Positions 19,412 to 28,749 of a stretch of 64,000 nt of DNA are shown here, piece after piece. Within the stretch, counting starts at the first letter, position 1. Every line of letters starts with the position of its first letter. The DNA lies in the NCBI GenBank assembly GCA_003553525.1, contig PWEO01000127.1:872-64871 (forward strand), given 5' to 3'. Made by a program: the position numbers and the translations under genes. Source of the DNA: Clostridiaceae bacterium (GTDB lineage Bacteria > Bacillota > Clostridia > Peptostreptococcales > T1SED10-28). The notes under the pieces were generated by a model that saw nothing but the letters and a program-made list of their open reading frames with translations, was not told where the DNA came from and did not search any database.

Positions 19412-20245
19412 ATGAAATTAATCGATATGCATGTTCATACCAATGCTTCTGACGGGGTATTATCTCCTGAAAAAGTGATTCGAAGAGCTATGCGAAATGG
19501 CCTCTCTGGGATTGCAATTACTGACCATGATACGGTCACAGGAGCACTTTCTGTTGACCTGTTAAATATTCCTAATAATTTTACCGTTATTAAAGGAATC
19601 GAATTCAGCACGATACAAAATAACAAAGAGATCCATATACTGGGTTATTATCTTGATATAGAGGACCCGAAGTTAAAAAATCTCTTGACCAATATCCAGA
19701 AATTTCGCAGCGATCGCATTTACAAAATTCTAGAGAAGTTGAAACGATTTAATATTGTATTGGAGTATCAGGAAGTGCAGGGAGAAGAACCTCCGGAGTC
19801 CATTGGACGGCCTCATGTTGCCAAGGCTTTAATCAAAAGAGGATTTGCACGGGATATTTCTGAAGCTTTTGATCGCTATTTAGCCAAGGGACGCCTGGCT
19901 TATGTAGAGCATTACAAACTTGAAACAAAAGAAGCTATTGACTTGATTAAAGATCTTGGAGGGTTTTCTGTGTTGGCCCATCCCGGACTTCTAAGTGACC
20001 GGGATATTTTTTCGGTTTTAGAAAAAGGAATTGAAGGAATAGAAGTTTACCATCCAAAACATAGTCGTTTTGCCACAACTAAACTATATGAACTGGCAAA
20101 GTATCGGAAATTGATTATTACTGGGGGGTCGGATTTTCATGATTTCTCTTCAAGCAAGGGAAATGATATCGGTTCCCACACCATATCCATAGACCGTATA
20201 TGTATTGATGAATTTTTGCAATCGCCTTTGTCTTGCAGTATTTAA
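19412..20245 (+). CDS. PHP-domain metal-dependent phosphoesterase
   Basis: 277 aa with the N-terminal IDMHVHTNASDG motif and further His ligands (LAHP, GGSDFH). Confidence 0.85.
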   Translation: MKLIDMHVHTNASDGVLSPEKVIRRAMRNGLSGIAITDHDTVTGALSVDLLNIPNNFTVIKGIEFSTIQNNKEIHILGYYLDIEDPKLKNLLTNIQKFRSDRIYKILEKLKRFNIVLEYQEVQGEEPPESIGRPHVAKALIKRGFARDISEAFDRYLAKGRLAYVEHYKLETKEAIDLIKDLGGFSVLAHPGLLSDRDIFSVLEKGIEGIEVYHPKHSRFATTKLYELAKYRKLIITGGSDFHDFSSSKGNDIGSHTISIDRICIDEFLQSPLSCSI

Positions 20246-20333
20246 AGATTTATATAGATAATCAAATGGAAATTTGTTAAAATGAATACTGTGAGGTAAG
20301 TACAGAACAAAACAACTTATAGGAGGGGTTTTA

Positions 20334-21536
20334 ATGAGCATAGAATTATCCAAAAAACATCTTAATTTATCACCTTCAATGACGTTATCCATTGCGGCAA
20401 AAGCTTCAGAATTGAAAGCCCAAGGAAAAGACGTAATCGGTTTTGGTGTTGGGGAGCCGGATTTTAATACCCCGAAACATATTATTGATAAAGCAATTGA
20501 AGCCATGAATAAAGGGATAACCGGATATACCGCTGCTTCCGGAACACCGGAACTTAAAAAAGCAATTTGTAATAAGCTTAAAAAAGATAATGGATTAGAA
20601 TACAGCCCCAATCAAATTATTGTATCAAACGGTGCTAAGCACTCGATCTATAATGCCTTACAAGCGATTTGCAATCCCGGAGACGAGGTTCTTGTTGGAA
20701 TTCCTTACTGGGTAAGCTATCCGGAACTTGTGAAAATGGCGGATGCAGAACCGGTTTTTATTGAGGGGAAAGAAGAAAATGAGTTTAAAATGACTCCTGA
20801 AGGTATTAAAGAAAAAATCACACCGAAAACCAAAGCTATTTTACTTAACAGCCCGGGAAATCCTACGGGTACGGTATATACCAAAGCGGAATTACGGGCC
20901 ATTGCAGAACTTATGGCTGAACATAATATCGTTATTATTTCCGATGAGATTTATGAGAAGTTAATCTATGGGAACGAAGAACATGTAAGCGTTGCGAGCT
21001 TTAACGAGAAGATCAAAGATCTAACCATTGTAGTAAACGGTCTTTCGAAGGGCTACGCCATGACAGGATGGAGAATCGGCTATACGGCTTCAAACAAAGA
21101 AATTGCTAAAGTTATGGGCAACATTCAAAGTCATGCCACATCCAACCCTAACACTATGGCTCAATATGCCAGTGTTGAAGCCTTAGAAGGGGATCAAAGC
21201 TCAATTGAAGAGATGAAAGTAGAGTTCAATAAGCGAAGAAGGTTTATGGTTAAACGAATCAATGATATTAAAGGAGTCTCCTGCATAGAGCCTCAAGGAG
21301 CTTTTTATGTTATGATGAATATTAAAGAATTGAAAGGTAAAACAATAGCTGGCAAAGTTGTAAAGGACTCCATTGAAATTGCAGAAGTCATTTTAGAAAA
21401 AGCCCAAGTTGCCCTTGTGCCTGGAATAGCTTTTGGATCCGATGATTATTTGAGGCTGTCCTATGCCAACTCCTTAGAAAACATTGAAAGCGGTCTCAAC
21501 CGGATTGATGACTTCTTATCAAAGGAGTTAAAGTAG
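20334..21536 (+). CDS. aspartate/class I pyridoxal-phosphate aminotransferase
   Basis: 400 aa with the PLP-lysine motif SKGYAMTGWRIGY and NPGNPTG. Confidence 0.9.
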   Translation: MSIELSKKHLNLSPSMTLSIAAKASELKAQGKDVIGFGVGEPDFNTPKHIIDKAIEAMNKGITGYTAASGTPELKKAICNKLKKDNGLEYSPNQIIVSNGAKHSIYNALQAICNPGDEVLVGIPYWVSYPELVKMADAEPVFIEGKEENEFKMTPEGIKEKITPKTKAILLNSPGNPTGTVYTKAELRAIAELMAEHNIVIISDEIYEKLIYGNEEHVSVASFNEKIKDLTIVVNGLSKGYAMTGWRIGYTASNKEIAKVMGNIQSHATSNPNTMAQYASVEALEGDQSSIEEMKVEFNKRRRFMVKRINDIKGVSCIEPQGAFYVMMNIKELKGKTIAGKVVKDSIEIAEVILEKAQVALVPGIAFGSDDYLRLSYANSLENIESGLNRIDDFLSKELK

Positions 21537-21623
21537 GGGAAGCAAACCATGAAACTTAAAAAAGCAAAGATCAAGAAAATTCAATATAAGTAACAGGAAA
21601 TCAAAGATGAAGGATGTGTCGAT

Positions 21624-23057
21624 TTGGAGTATAGTATTTATCAAAACCCTCTTATTGAAAGGTATACCAGTGAAGAGATGCTTTATACCTTCTCACCGGA
21701 TAATAAGTTTAAAAATTGGCGGAAATTATGGGTAGCTTTGGCGGAAACGGAAAAAGAGCTGGGTCTGAATATTACTGATGAACAAATTAATGAATTAAAA
21801 ACTTACCAGGAAGATATTAATTATGATGTTGCAAAAGAACGGGAAAAAGAAACGAGACACGATGTAATGAGTCATGTCTATGCTTACGGAGTACAATGCC
21901 CTGCTGCAAAACCCATTATTCATCTAGGGGCTACCAGTGCCTTTGTAGGCGATAATACGGATATTATTGTCTACCGTGAAGCTCTTAACTTGATTTTAAA
22001 GAAACTGGTTAACTTAATGGAAAAACTTGGTGTTTTTGCAAAAGAATATAAAGAGATGCCGACATTAGGATATACTCACTATCAGCCGGCACAAATCACC
22101 ACTGTAGGGAAAAGGGCCAGTTTATGGATTTATGAATTGTATATGGACTACGAAAAACTTATTTTCATATTGAATCAAATGAAATTTCGTGGTGTAAAGG
22201 GTACTACGGGTACCCAGGCGAGTTTTTTGTCATTATTTGACAATGATGGAGAAAAAGTAAAAGCCCTTGATGAAAGGCTTTCCAAAAAGTTAGGCTTTGA
22301 AGAAAATTTTCCTGTGACCGGACAGACATACTCTAGAAAACAAGACTTTGATCTTATGTATGTGTTAAGTTCTATTGCTCAGAGTATGCATAAAATGACC
22401 AACGATATTCGTCTACTTCAACATCTAAAAGAAATTGAAGAACCATTTGAAAAAAATCAAATTGGCTCTTCCGCCATGGCCTATAAAAGAAACCCTATGC
22501 GCAGTGAGAGAATTTCATCCTTATCCAAGTTTGTAATAAGTGCCTTGCAAAACTTATCATTTGTTAGTGCCACTCAGTGGTTTGAACGAACTCTGGATGA
22601 CTCAGCGAACCGGCGGATTACCATTCCGGAAACTTTTATGGCCACCGATGCCATACTGGATATTGGGATTAATATTGCTTCGGGATTGGTGGTTAATGAA
22701 AAAGTAATTGAAGAGAACTTAAAAAAGGAACTTCCCTTTATGGCCACAGAAAATATTATGATGGAAGCTGTAAAAAAAGGAAAGGATCGACAGGAACTTC
22801 ATGAAAGAATTCGAAAGCATTCCTTAACTGCAGGACAAAACATAAAAAAACTGGGGCTTGAAAACAATTTACTGGAATTGATTGCAAATGACTCCTATTT
22901 TGGTCTTAGTAAGGAAGAACTGCTTCGAATTGTGGATCCGCATAAATATATAGGACGATCTTCTGATCAGGTAGAGGATTTACTAAAGGATTACTTGGGA
23001 CCGATTTTGAAACAGCACCAAGATTTGCTGGGTGCAAAAGTGCATCTAAAGGTTTAA
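21624..23057 (+). CDS. purB: adenylosuccinate lyase
   Basis: 477 aa with the fumarate-lyase signature GSSAMAYKRNP. TTG start 7 nt after AAGGAT. Confidence 0.92.
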   Translation: MEYSIYQNPLIERYTSEEMLYTFSPDNKFKNWRKLWVALAETEKELGLNITDEQINELKTYQEDINYDVAKEREKETRHDVMSHVYAYGVQCPAAKPIIHLGATSAFVGDNTDIIVYREALNLILKKLVNLMEKLGVFAKEYKEMPTLGYTHYQPAQITTVGKRASLWIYELYMDYEKLIFILNQMKFRGVKGTTGTQASFLSLFDNDGEKVKALDERLSKKLGFEENFPVTGQTYSRKQDFDLMYVLSSIAQSMHKMTNDIRLLQHLKEIEEPFEKNQIGSSAMAYKRNPMRSERISSLSKFVISALQNLSFVSATQWFERTLDDSANRRITIPETFMATDAILDIGINIASGLVVNEKVIEENLKKELPFMATENIMMEAVKKGKDRQELHERIRKHSLTAGQNIKKLGLENNLLELIANDSYFGLSKEELLRIVDPHKYIGRSSDQVEDLLKDYLGPILKQHQDLLGAKVHLKV

Positions 23058-23086
23058 ATTAACGTTATAATGTGGAGGTACAAATT

Positions 23087-24385
23087 ATGTATAAAGATAT
23101 GACAATTGCTAAAGTACAAGAATTTAATGGTGAACAAGTGCGGATAAAAGGCTGGCTCTACAACAAGCGATCCAGCGGTAAAATTCAATTTTTACAAATC
23201 CGTGACGGTTCCGGTTTTATACAAGGGATAATGATGAAAAAGCATGTGTCCGAAGAAGTCTTCGAATTATGTAAAACCTTAACCCAGGAATCTTCCATAG
23301 AAGTTTTGGGGACCCTACAAAAAGATGACCGTTCAACCCTTGGTTTTGAAATCTTTGTGGATGAGGTAAAACTTATTCATCTTGCAGATGAAGACTATCC
23401 TATTTCACTTAAAGAACATGGGACAGATTTTTTAATGGAAAACCGACATCTATGGATGCGGACGCCAAAACAAAATGCCATTCTTCGAATTCGAGACGAA
23501 ATCAATTTTACGATTCGGGAATTTTTTAGGAAAGAAGGATTTATCTTAACCGAGCCTCCGATTATTACACCGGCTTCCTGTGAAGGAACCACAGATTTAT
23601 TTGAAATCGACTATTTCGGAGAAAAGGTTTATCTCTCGCAAACAGGGCAGCTGTATGCAGAAGCAACCGCTATGGCTTTTAATAAAGTGTATACCTTTGG
23701 TCCTACTTTTCGGGCGGAAAAGTCCAAAACCCGTAAACATATGAATGAGTTTTGGATGGTGGAGCCGGAAATGGCCTTTGTAGACTTTGAAGAAAATATG
23801 AAGGTACAGGAAAACTTTGTAGAATACGTGGTACAAAAAGTTATTAAAACCATGAAGCGGGAGCTAGAGGTATTAGAAAGGGACACTAGCGCACTTGAGC
23901 GGGCTAAAGCTCCATTCCCGAGGATTACTTATACCGATGCCATAAAAATGCTTCAGGAAGCGGATTATGAGATTCAGTGGGGGGATGATTTCGGTGCTCC
24001 TCATGAAACTTATATTGCTGAGCAATATAATAAGCCCGTATTCATCACTCATTTCCCAGCAGAAATGAAAGCTTTCTATATGCAACCGGATCCAAAGAAT
24101 CCCAAAGTTATTCTTGGTTCAGATCTTATTGCACCGGAAGGTTATGGAGAGATTATAGGAGGTTCTGAACGAATACATGATAAGGATCTGTTATTGGAAA
24201 AAATGGACCAGGAAGAACTTCCCAGGGAAGTATATCAATGGTATATTGATCTTCGTAAATACGGATCCGTTCCTCATTCCGGATTCGGTCTTGGACTTGA
24301 ACGAACCGTAAGTTGGGTTTGCGGTATTGACCATATCCGACAATCCATTCCTTTTGCAAGAACCCTAAATCGAGTTTATCCCTAA
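23087..24385 (+). CDS. asnS: asparagine--tRNA ligase
   Basis: Class IIb aaRS with motif 2 FRAEKSKTRKHMNEFWMVEPE and motif 3 GFGLGLER. ATG 23087 lies 7 nt after GGAGGT; the ORF-track start at 23072 overlaps the RBS. Confidence 0.95.
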   Translation: MYKDMTIAKVQEFNGEQVRIKGWLYNKRSSGKIQFLQIRDGSGFIQGIMMKKHVSEEVFELCKTLTQESSIEVLGTLQKDDRSTLGFEIFVDEVKLIHLADEDYPISLKEHGTDFLMENRHLWMRTPKQNAILRIRDEINFTIREFFRKEGFILTEPPIITPASCEGTTDLFEIDYFGEKVYLSQTGQLYAEATAMAFNKVYTFGPTFRAEKSKTRKHMNEFWMVEPEMAFVDFEENMKVQENFVEYVVQKVIKTMKRELEVLERDTSALERAKAPFPRITYTDAIKMLQEADYEIQWGDDFGAPHETYIAEQYNKPVFITHFPAEMKAFYMQPDPKNPKVILGSDLIAPEGYGEIIGGSERIHDKDLLLEKMDQEELPREVYQWYIDLRKYGSVPHSGFGLGLERTVSWVCGIDHIRQSIPFARTLNRVYP

Positions 24386-24410
24386 AGATAATCTCACTAC
24401 ATTGGTTATA

Positions 24411-24438
24411 AAGCACTGCCGCTGGTGGTGCTTTTTTC
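24411..24438 (+). terminator. rho-independent terminator after asnS
   Basis: Stem AGCAC.../...GTGCT followed by TTTTTT. Confidence 0.7.
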
Positions 24439-24491
24439 TAAATGGGAATGACTGAATTTTTAGTATATAATTTAAAGGGGAGGGGTTTTAT

Positions 24492-26261
24492 ATGTTCGGC
24501 GATTATCTCTTTAGTGATTCGATTAAACCACTGGTGGATCCTAAGATATTGCTGCTTCAAAAAGAGGAGGTTGTAATTAATGTGTTATACCAAATGCTTC
24601 AAAAAAACTTTCAGGAAGGTTTGGTTCCATTAAACACTGAGAATAATAAACGAAAACAGTACCAAGTTTTAACTTTAAGTGATCTATCCATTAGTAAAAA
24701 TGATTTATTCGACTTCGATCAGAAGATTGAGGATAAACTTAAGCGACCTGTAGAAGCATTGTCGGAATCTGCAACTGTTAAACAGACACTAAAAGCTTTT
24801 GAAGAATTAGAAATTGAAACTTTTCCCATTGAAAATAACGGGGAGCTTATTGGTGTGGTTCGAAAGAAAGATATTTTATATCGATTTTTCCCCCAACTCT
24901 ATGATATGAATCATAAGTATAAAGATATCATAAACCATATGCATGAAGCGGTTTCGGTGATTGACCAAAATGGATTCGTTAGGTTGTGGAATAAACAGGC
25001 AGAAGAGTTATACCAAATTCCTCAAGGGGAAATCATCAATAAAAAGCTGGCAGATTATTTCCCTAAAGCTTTAGGGCTGAAAATTCTCGAAACCCGGAAA
25101 CCCATACAAAATGTATATTATTCTCCTAAAGAAAACTACTATGTTTCCATCAGCTCTCTGCCGATCTTTATTAAAAATAAGTTCATCGGAGTGGTTTCTA
25201 CAGAGAAAGATTTAACCCAACAAAAAAAATTAACCACTAAATTGGAAAATGCAAACTCACAAATTTCTTCTTTACAACAAAAGGTAGCAGAAATCAATAG
25301 CTATTCAACATCTTATTTTGATGATATAAAAGGCCACAATCCGGTGTTACAGGAAAAAATAGAACTGGCCAAGTATGTCAGTAAAACAAATACAAATGTT
25401 CTGATTACAGGTGAGAGCGGTACAGGAAAAGAACTTTTTGCTAAAGGGATCCATCAGCAAAGTGGTAGGGAAGGGGCTTTTATCAGTGTGAATTGCAGTG
25501 CAATTCCTCATGGATTATTTGAAAGTGAGTTCTTTGGTTATGAAGATGGCGCCTTTACCGGAGCAATCAAAGGAGGTAAGGCAGGGTACTTTAAGCTCAC
25601 GGACAAAGGAACTTTATTCCTAGATGAAGTGGGAGAACTACCCTTAGATCTTCAGGCGAAACTTCTTCGAGTATTGGACGAACAAAAAATTAATCCCTTA
25701 GGGTCGGAAAAAATGGTTCCGGTAGATGTACGCATTATTGCGGCTACCAATCGAAATATGAAAGAATTGGTTGAGAAAAATGAGTTTCGGCATGATTTAT
25801 ATTATCGCCTTAATGTGGTTGAAATCGATTTGCCACCTTTGCGGGAAAGAAAAGAAGATATTGTTATTTTATTTCACCATTTTTTAGAAGAGTATAGTAA
25901 CAAAAATAATATTGATATTAAAAAAATCCACCAGAAAATTTATCCGTATCTCAAAAGTGCTCTTTGGAAGGGAAATATACGGGAACTTAGGAACACTGTG
26001 GAGTATTTAGTGGTGCTTTCAAAAGATGGAATTATTAAGCCGGAAGCCTTGCCGGATTACTTACGGGAAAACAGCGGGGTTGAACTAGTGGATGAAACAC
26101 GAAATCACAAAAATTTAGAGGGTCAAATGGATCTTTATGAGAAGTCTTTGATTGAAAGAGCTTTAGAAATCAACAGTCATAACAAAAGTAAAACAGCGAA
26201 ATATTTAGAAATTCCTCGAAGTACATTATATTATAAATTAGAAAAACACCAGCTGGATTAA
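24492..26261 (+). CDS. sigma-54-dependent transcriptional activator (CBS - PAS - AAA+ - HTH)
   Basis: 589 aa with an N-terminal CBS-like module, a PAS domain, Walker A GESGTGKE, an exact GAFTGA loop and a C-terminal HTH (KSKTAKYLEIPRSTLYYKLEKH). Confidence 0.9.
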   Translation: MFGDYLFSDSIKPLVDPKILLLQKEEVVINVLYQMLQKNFQEGLVPLNTENNKRKQYQVLTLSDLSISKNDLFDFDQKIEDKLKRPVEALSESATVKQTLKAFEELEIETFPIENNGELIGVVRKKDILYRFFPQLYDMNHKYKDIINHMHEAVSVIDQNGFVRLWNKQAEELYQIPQGEIINKKLADYFPKALGLKILETRKPIQNVYYSPKENYYVSISSLPIFIKNKFIGVVSTEKDLTQQKKLTTKLENANSQISSLQQKVAEINSYSTSYFDDIKGHNPVLQEKIELAKYVSKTNTNVLITGESGTGKELFAKGIHQQSGREGAFISVNCSAIPHGLFESEFFGYEDGAFTGAIKGGKAGYFKLTDKGTLFLDEVGELPLDLQAKLLRVLDEQKINPLGSEKMVPVDVRIIAATNRNMKELVEKNEFRHDLYYRLNVVEIDLPPLRERKEDIVILFHHFLEEYSNKNNIDIKKIHQKIYPYLKSALWKGNIRELRNTVEYLVVLSKDGIIKPEALPDYLRENSGVELVDETRNHKNLEGQMDLYEKSLIERALEINSHNKSKTAKYLEIPRSTLYYKLEKHQLD

Positions 26262-26303
26262 TATTTGCTTTTAAAATAGCCATCATCGAGATAAATTGAA
26301 TGA

Positions 26304-26357
26304 AAGTGTACAACCGATCGACGATTTTGAAATTAACCGTCGGTTATTTGTACACTT
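26304..26357 (+). promoter_or_regulatory. long inverted repeat, candidate UAS for the CBS-PAS activator
   Basis: AAGTGTACAA (26304-26313) pairs perfectly with TTGTACACTT (26348-26357). There is an inner CGACG/CGTCG pair, and each arm contains the TGTACA palindrome. The repeat lies about 150-200 bp upstream of the -24/-12 element. Confidence 0.45.
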
Positions 26358-26402
26358 AATCGTGTTGAAAAGCAGAGATAGATTAATATATATCAAAGTG
26401 TG

Positions 26403-26419
26403 TGTCGGTTAATGCGACA
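26403..26419 (+). promoter_or_regulatory. palindrome TGTCG-N7-CGACA sharing the octamer GTCGGTTA with the upstream repeat
   Basis: GTCGGTTA occurs at 26339-26346 and 26404-26411. This second candidate activator site lies about 90 bp upstream of the promoter. Confidence 0.35.
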
Positions 26420-26503
26420 ATACGTATTGGAATTTTTTTAAGGAAATTCCTTTTATACTATCGTAAATCATTATTCTCAACGTTATCAGAAAATTCAAAG
26501 ATT

Positions 26504-26519
26504 TGGCACGGTTTTTGCT
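26504..26519 (+). promoter_or_regulatory. sigma-54 (-24/-12) promoter
   Basis: TGGCAC-ggttt-TTGCT is a perfect match to the consensus TGGCAC-N5-TTGCW. It lies 27 nt upstream of ATG 26546, with AGGAGG between them. Confidence 0.85.
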
Positions 26520-26545
26520 AATAAAGCAATAGGAGGTGTAAAGAT

Positions 26546-26857
26546 ATGAATCAACGAATTAATAAACATCCAATTATTGATATACCCTTAAGACAAAAAA
26601 TAAAATTCTTTTATAACGGTAAAGAATTTTTTGGATTCGAAGGAGAAACAATCGCTTCCGCATTACATGCCGCAGGGATTACGAAACTAAGTGAAAGCAT
26701 TAAACATCATCGACCTCGCGGTTTTTATTGCGCCATAGGAAATTGTTCATCCTGTTTTATGCGGGTTGACGGGAAACCAAACGTTAAAACTTGCGTAGAA
26801 CCTCTACGTGAAAATATGGTAGTAGAAAATCAGGAAGGGAGAGGATCCATAATATGA
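26546..26857 (+). CDS. (2Fe-2S)-binding protein, HcnA / sarcosine-oxidase-alpha N-terminal-like
   Basis: 103 aa with the Cys pattern C..GNCSSC...C (YCAIGNCSSCFMRVDGKPNVKTC). The stop overlaps the next start (ATGA). Confidence 0.85.
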   Translation: MNQRINKHPIIDIPLRQKIKFFYNGKEFFGFEGETIASALHAAGITKLSESIKHHRPRGFYCAIGNCSSCFMRVDGKPNVKTCVEPLRENMVVENQEGRGSII

Positions 26858-27942
26858 TTCATACGGATATATTAATAATCGGAGGAGGCCCGTCGGGACT
26901 TTGTGCTGCTATTGCTGCGGCTAAATCCGGAGCTGAAGTAATGCTTGTGGAACGAAGTCAATACTTTGGAGGACAATTAGTTAAACAAACGCATATGTTT
27001 TTTGGATCGGAAAAACAATACGCTGCTACCAGAGGCTTTGATATTGGGAAAAAATTAGTGGAAGAGGTCAAAAATTCTGATAACATAAAAATTTTTCATA
27101 GCACCACGGCTTTAGGAATTTATGAAGATGGGGTAGTCACTCTGGAACAAAAATTCGAATCAGAAGAAATTTATCTAAAAGTGCAAGCAAAATCTTTAAT
27201 CGTTACAACCGGTGCCTTGGAAAAATCCTTACCTTTCCCGAATAATGATTTGCCCGGCATTTATGGTGCCGGAGCGGTACAAACCTTGATGAATGAATAT
27301 TTGGTTAAACCGGGTAAACGTGTGTTGATGGTAGGTGCCGGAAACATCGGACTGATTATCAGTTACCAATTACTGCAAGCCGGTGTTGAAGTGGCAGGGA
27401 TAATCGATGCTTCGCCTAGAATCGGAGGATATTTAGTCCATGCTTCTAAAATTCGTCGTTCCGGAGTCCCTATTTTCACCGGTTATACGATTGTAAAAGC
27501 AGAGGGAACTGATCATCTTGAAAAAGCCACCATTGCAAAAGTGGATCAGCATTGGAAACCGATTCCCGGCACGGAAAAAGAAATGAACGTGGATGTGATG
27601 TGCATCTCGGTTGGACTTACACCTTCTTCTGCTTTCTTTTGGCAAGGAGGTTGTGAAATGGAATATGTTCGAGAATTAGGAGGCTATGTTCCAAAACGCA
27701 ATAGATACCTACGAACCACTGTTGGAAATATTTATGTTGCAGGGGATTCTGCAGGAATCGAAGAAGCAAGCAGTGCCATGGTAGAGGGATCAATCGCTGG
27801 ACTTGCAGCAAGTCATGATTTAGGTTTTGTTTATGAGGGATATAACCGAGAAATTGAAGAACTGTTACAAGAACTGGAGGGACTGCGGGGCGGAGAAAAA
27901 GGCATCCATATACGACGTGGTTATAATAAAGTCGGTTTTTAA
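26854..27942 (+). CDS. FAD/NAD(P)-binding oxidoreductase (HcnB / OoxA / PDH-alpha-like)
   Basis: 362 aa with two Rossmann motifs, IIGGGPSGLCAA and MVGAGNIGLI, typical of pyridine-nucleotide-disulfide-type flavoproteins. Confidence 0.85.
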   Translation: MIHTDILIIGGGPSGLCAAIAAAKSGAEVMLVERSQYFGGQLVKQTHMFFGSEKQYAATRGFDIGKKLVEEVKNSDNIKIFHSTTALGIYEDGVVTLEQKFESEEIYLKVQAKSLIVTTGALEKSLPFPNNDLPGIYGAGAVQTLMNEYLVKPGKRVLMVGAGNIGLIISYQLLQAGVEVAGIIDASPRIGGYLVHASKIRRSGVPIFTGYTIVKAEGTDHLEKATIAKVDQHWKPIPGTEKEMNVDVMCISVGLTPSSAFFWQGGCEMEYVRELGGYVPKRNRYLRTTVGNIYVAGDSAGIEEASSAMVEGSIAGLAASHDLGFVYEGYNREIEELLQELEGLRGGEKGIHIRRGYNKVGF

Positions 27943-27962
27943 TTTACAGGAGGTGTATATAA

Positions 27963-28466
27963 TTGTTAAAAATATCAGGTGTTCCCAGCAATAAAGATAT
28001 AGATCAGGTGTTTCCCTCTCAAGAACGACTGGAAAAAGGTCCGGTGGTTATTGTAGAATGCTTTGAAACAATACCATGCAATCCGTGCTATACAGCTTGT
28101 CATGTCGGGGGTATTCAGGCCTTTAAAGATATTACAGACCTTCCGACCATTGATTTTGAAAAATGTAATGGTTGTACAATGTGTATTAGTAGCTGTCCAG
28201 GTCTTGCCATTATGGTGATTGATTATTCGTATCATAAGGACTATGTGAAAATGATGATTCCCTATGAGTTTTACCCGCTTCCGAAGGAAGGAGAATGGAT
28301 AAAGGGATTGGATCGTAGGGGAGCAGAGGTTGTAAAAGTCAAGGTTTTATCGGTCAAAAATACTAAATATCAAGATAAAACTCAGGTTATTACCATTGCT
28401 GTTCCAAAAGCTCACTATAAAAAGATACGAAATATTGAGGCGGGTGATTCAAATGCCAAATCATGA
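27963..28466 (+). CDS. 4Fe-4S ferredoxin-domain protein
   Basis: 167 aa with CNGCTMCISSCP (CxxCxxCxxxCP) plus the upstream Cys cluster CNPCYTAC. TTG start after GGAGGT. Confidence 0.75.
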   Translation: MLKISGVPSNKDIDQVFPSQERLEKGPVVIVECFETIPCNPCYTACHVGGIQAFKDITDLPTIDFEKCNGCTMCISSCPGLAIMVIDYSYHKDYVKMMIPYEFYPLPKEGEWIKGLDRRGAEVVKVKVLSVKNTKYQDKTQVITIAVPKAHYKKIRNIEAGDSNAKS

Positions 28467-28749
28467 TGTGATACTTTGCCGTTGCGAGGATGTTACTGTG
28501 CGGGATATTCACGATGCGATTGATGAAGGGTATTATACATTGGAAGAGATTAAAAGAGTCACAAGGGTAGGTATGGGCCCCTGCCAAGGAAGAACTTGTC
28601 TGATGCTGATCCTTAGAGAATTATCGGTTCTTACCGATCAACCCATTGAAAGTCTACTGCCGGACACATACAGACCCCCAACCAAATCCGTAAGTTTTGA
28701 TTTGTTTGGAGGACATCCTAAACAAGGGGGGGGAGCGCATGGTTTCTAA
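28453..28749 (+). CDS. BFD-like (2Fe-2S)-binding domain protein
   Basis: About 98 aa with the CRCEDV ... GPCQGRTC Cys pattern of BFD-like [2Fe-2S] domains. ATG 28453 overlaps the end of the previous gene. The ORF-track start at 28396 lies inside that gene. Confidence 0.72.
   Translation: MPNHDVILCRCEDVTVRDIHDAIDEGYYTLEEIKRVTRVGMGPCQGRTCLMLILRELSVLTDQPIESLLPDTYRPPTKSVSFDLFGGHPKQGGGAHGF

Noticed and set aside
20150-20611. 153-aa minus-strand ORF spanning the PHP-gene end and the aminotransferase start
   Set aside because: Antisense shadow ORF with no RBS. Both sense genes have clear family motifs.
21549-21593. 14-codon Lys-rich micro-ORF (MKLKKAKIKKIQYK) between the aminotransferase gene and purB
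   Set aside because: Weak RBS, no associated attenuator structure and no evidence of conservation. It is probably fortuitous.
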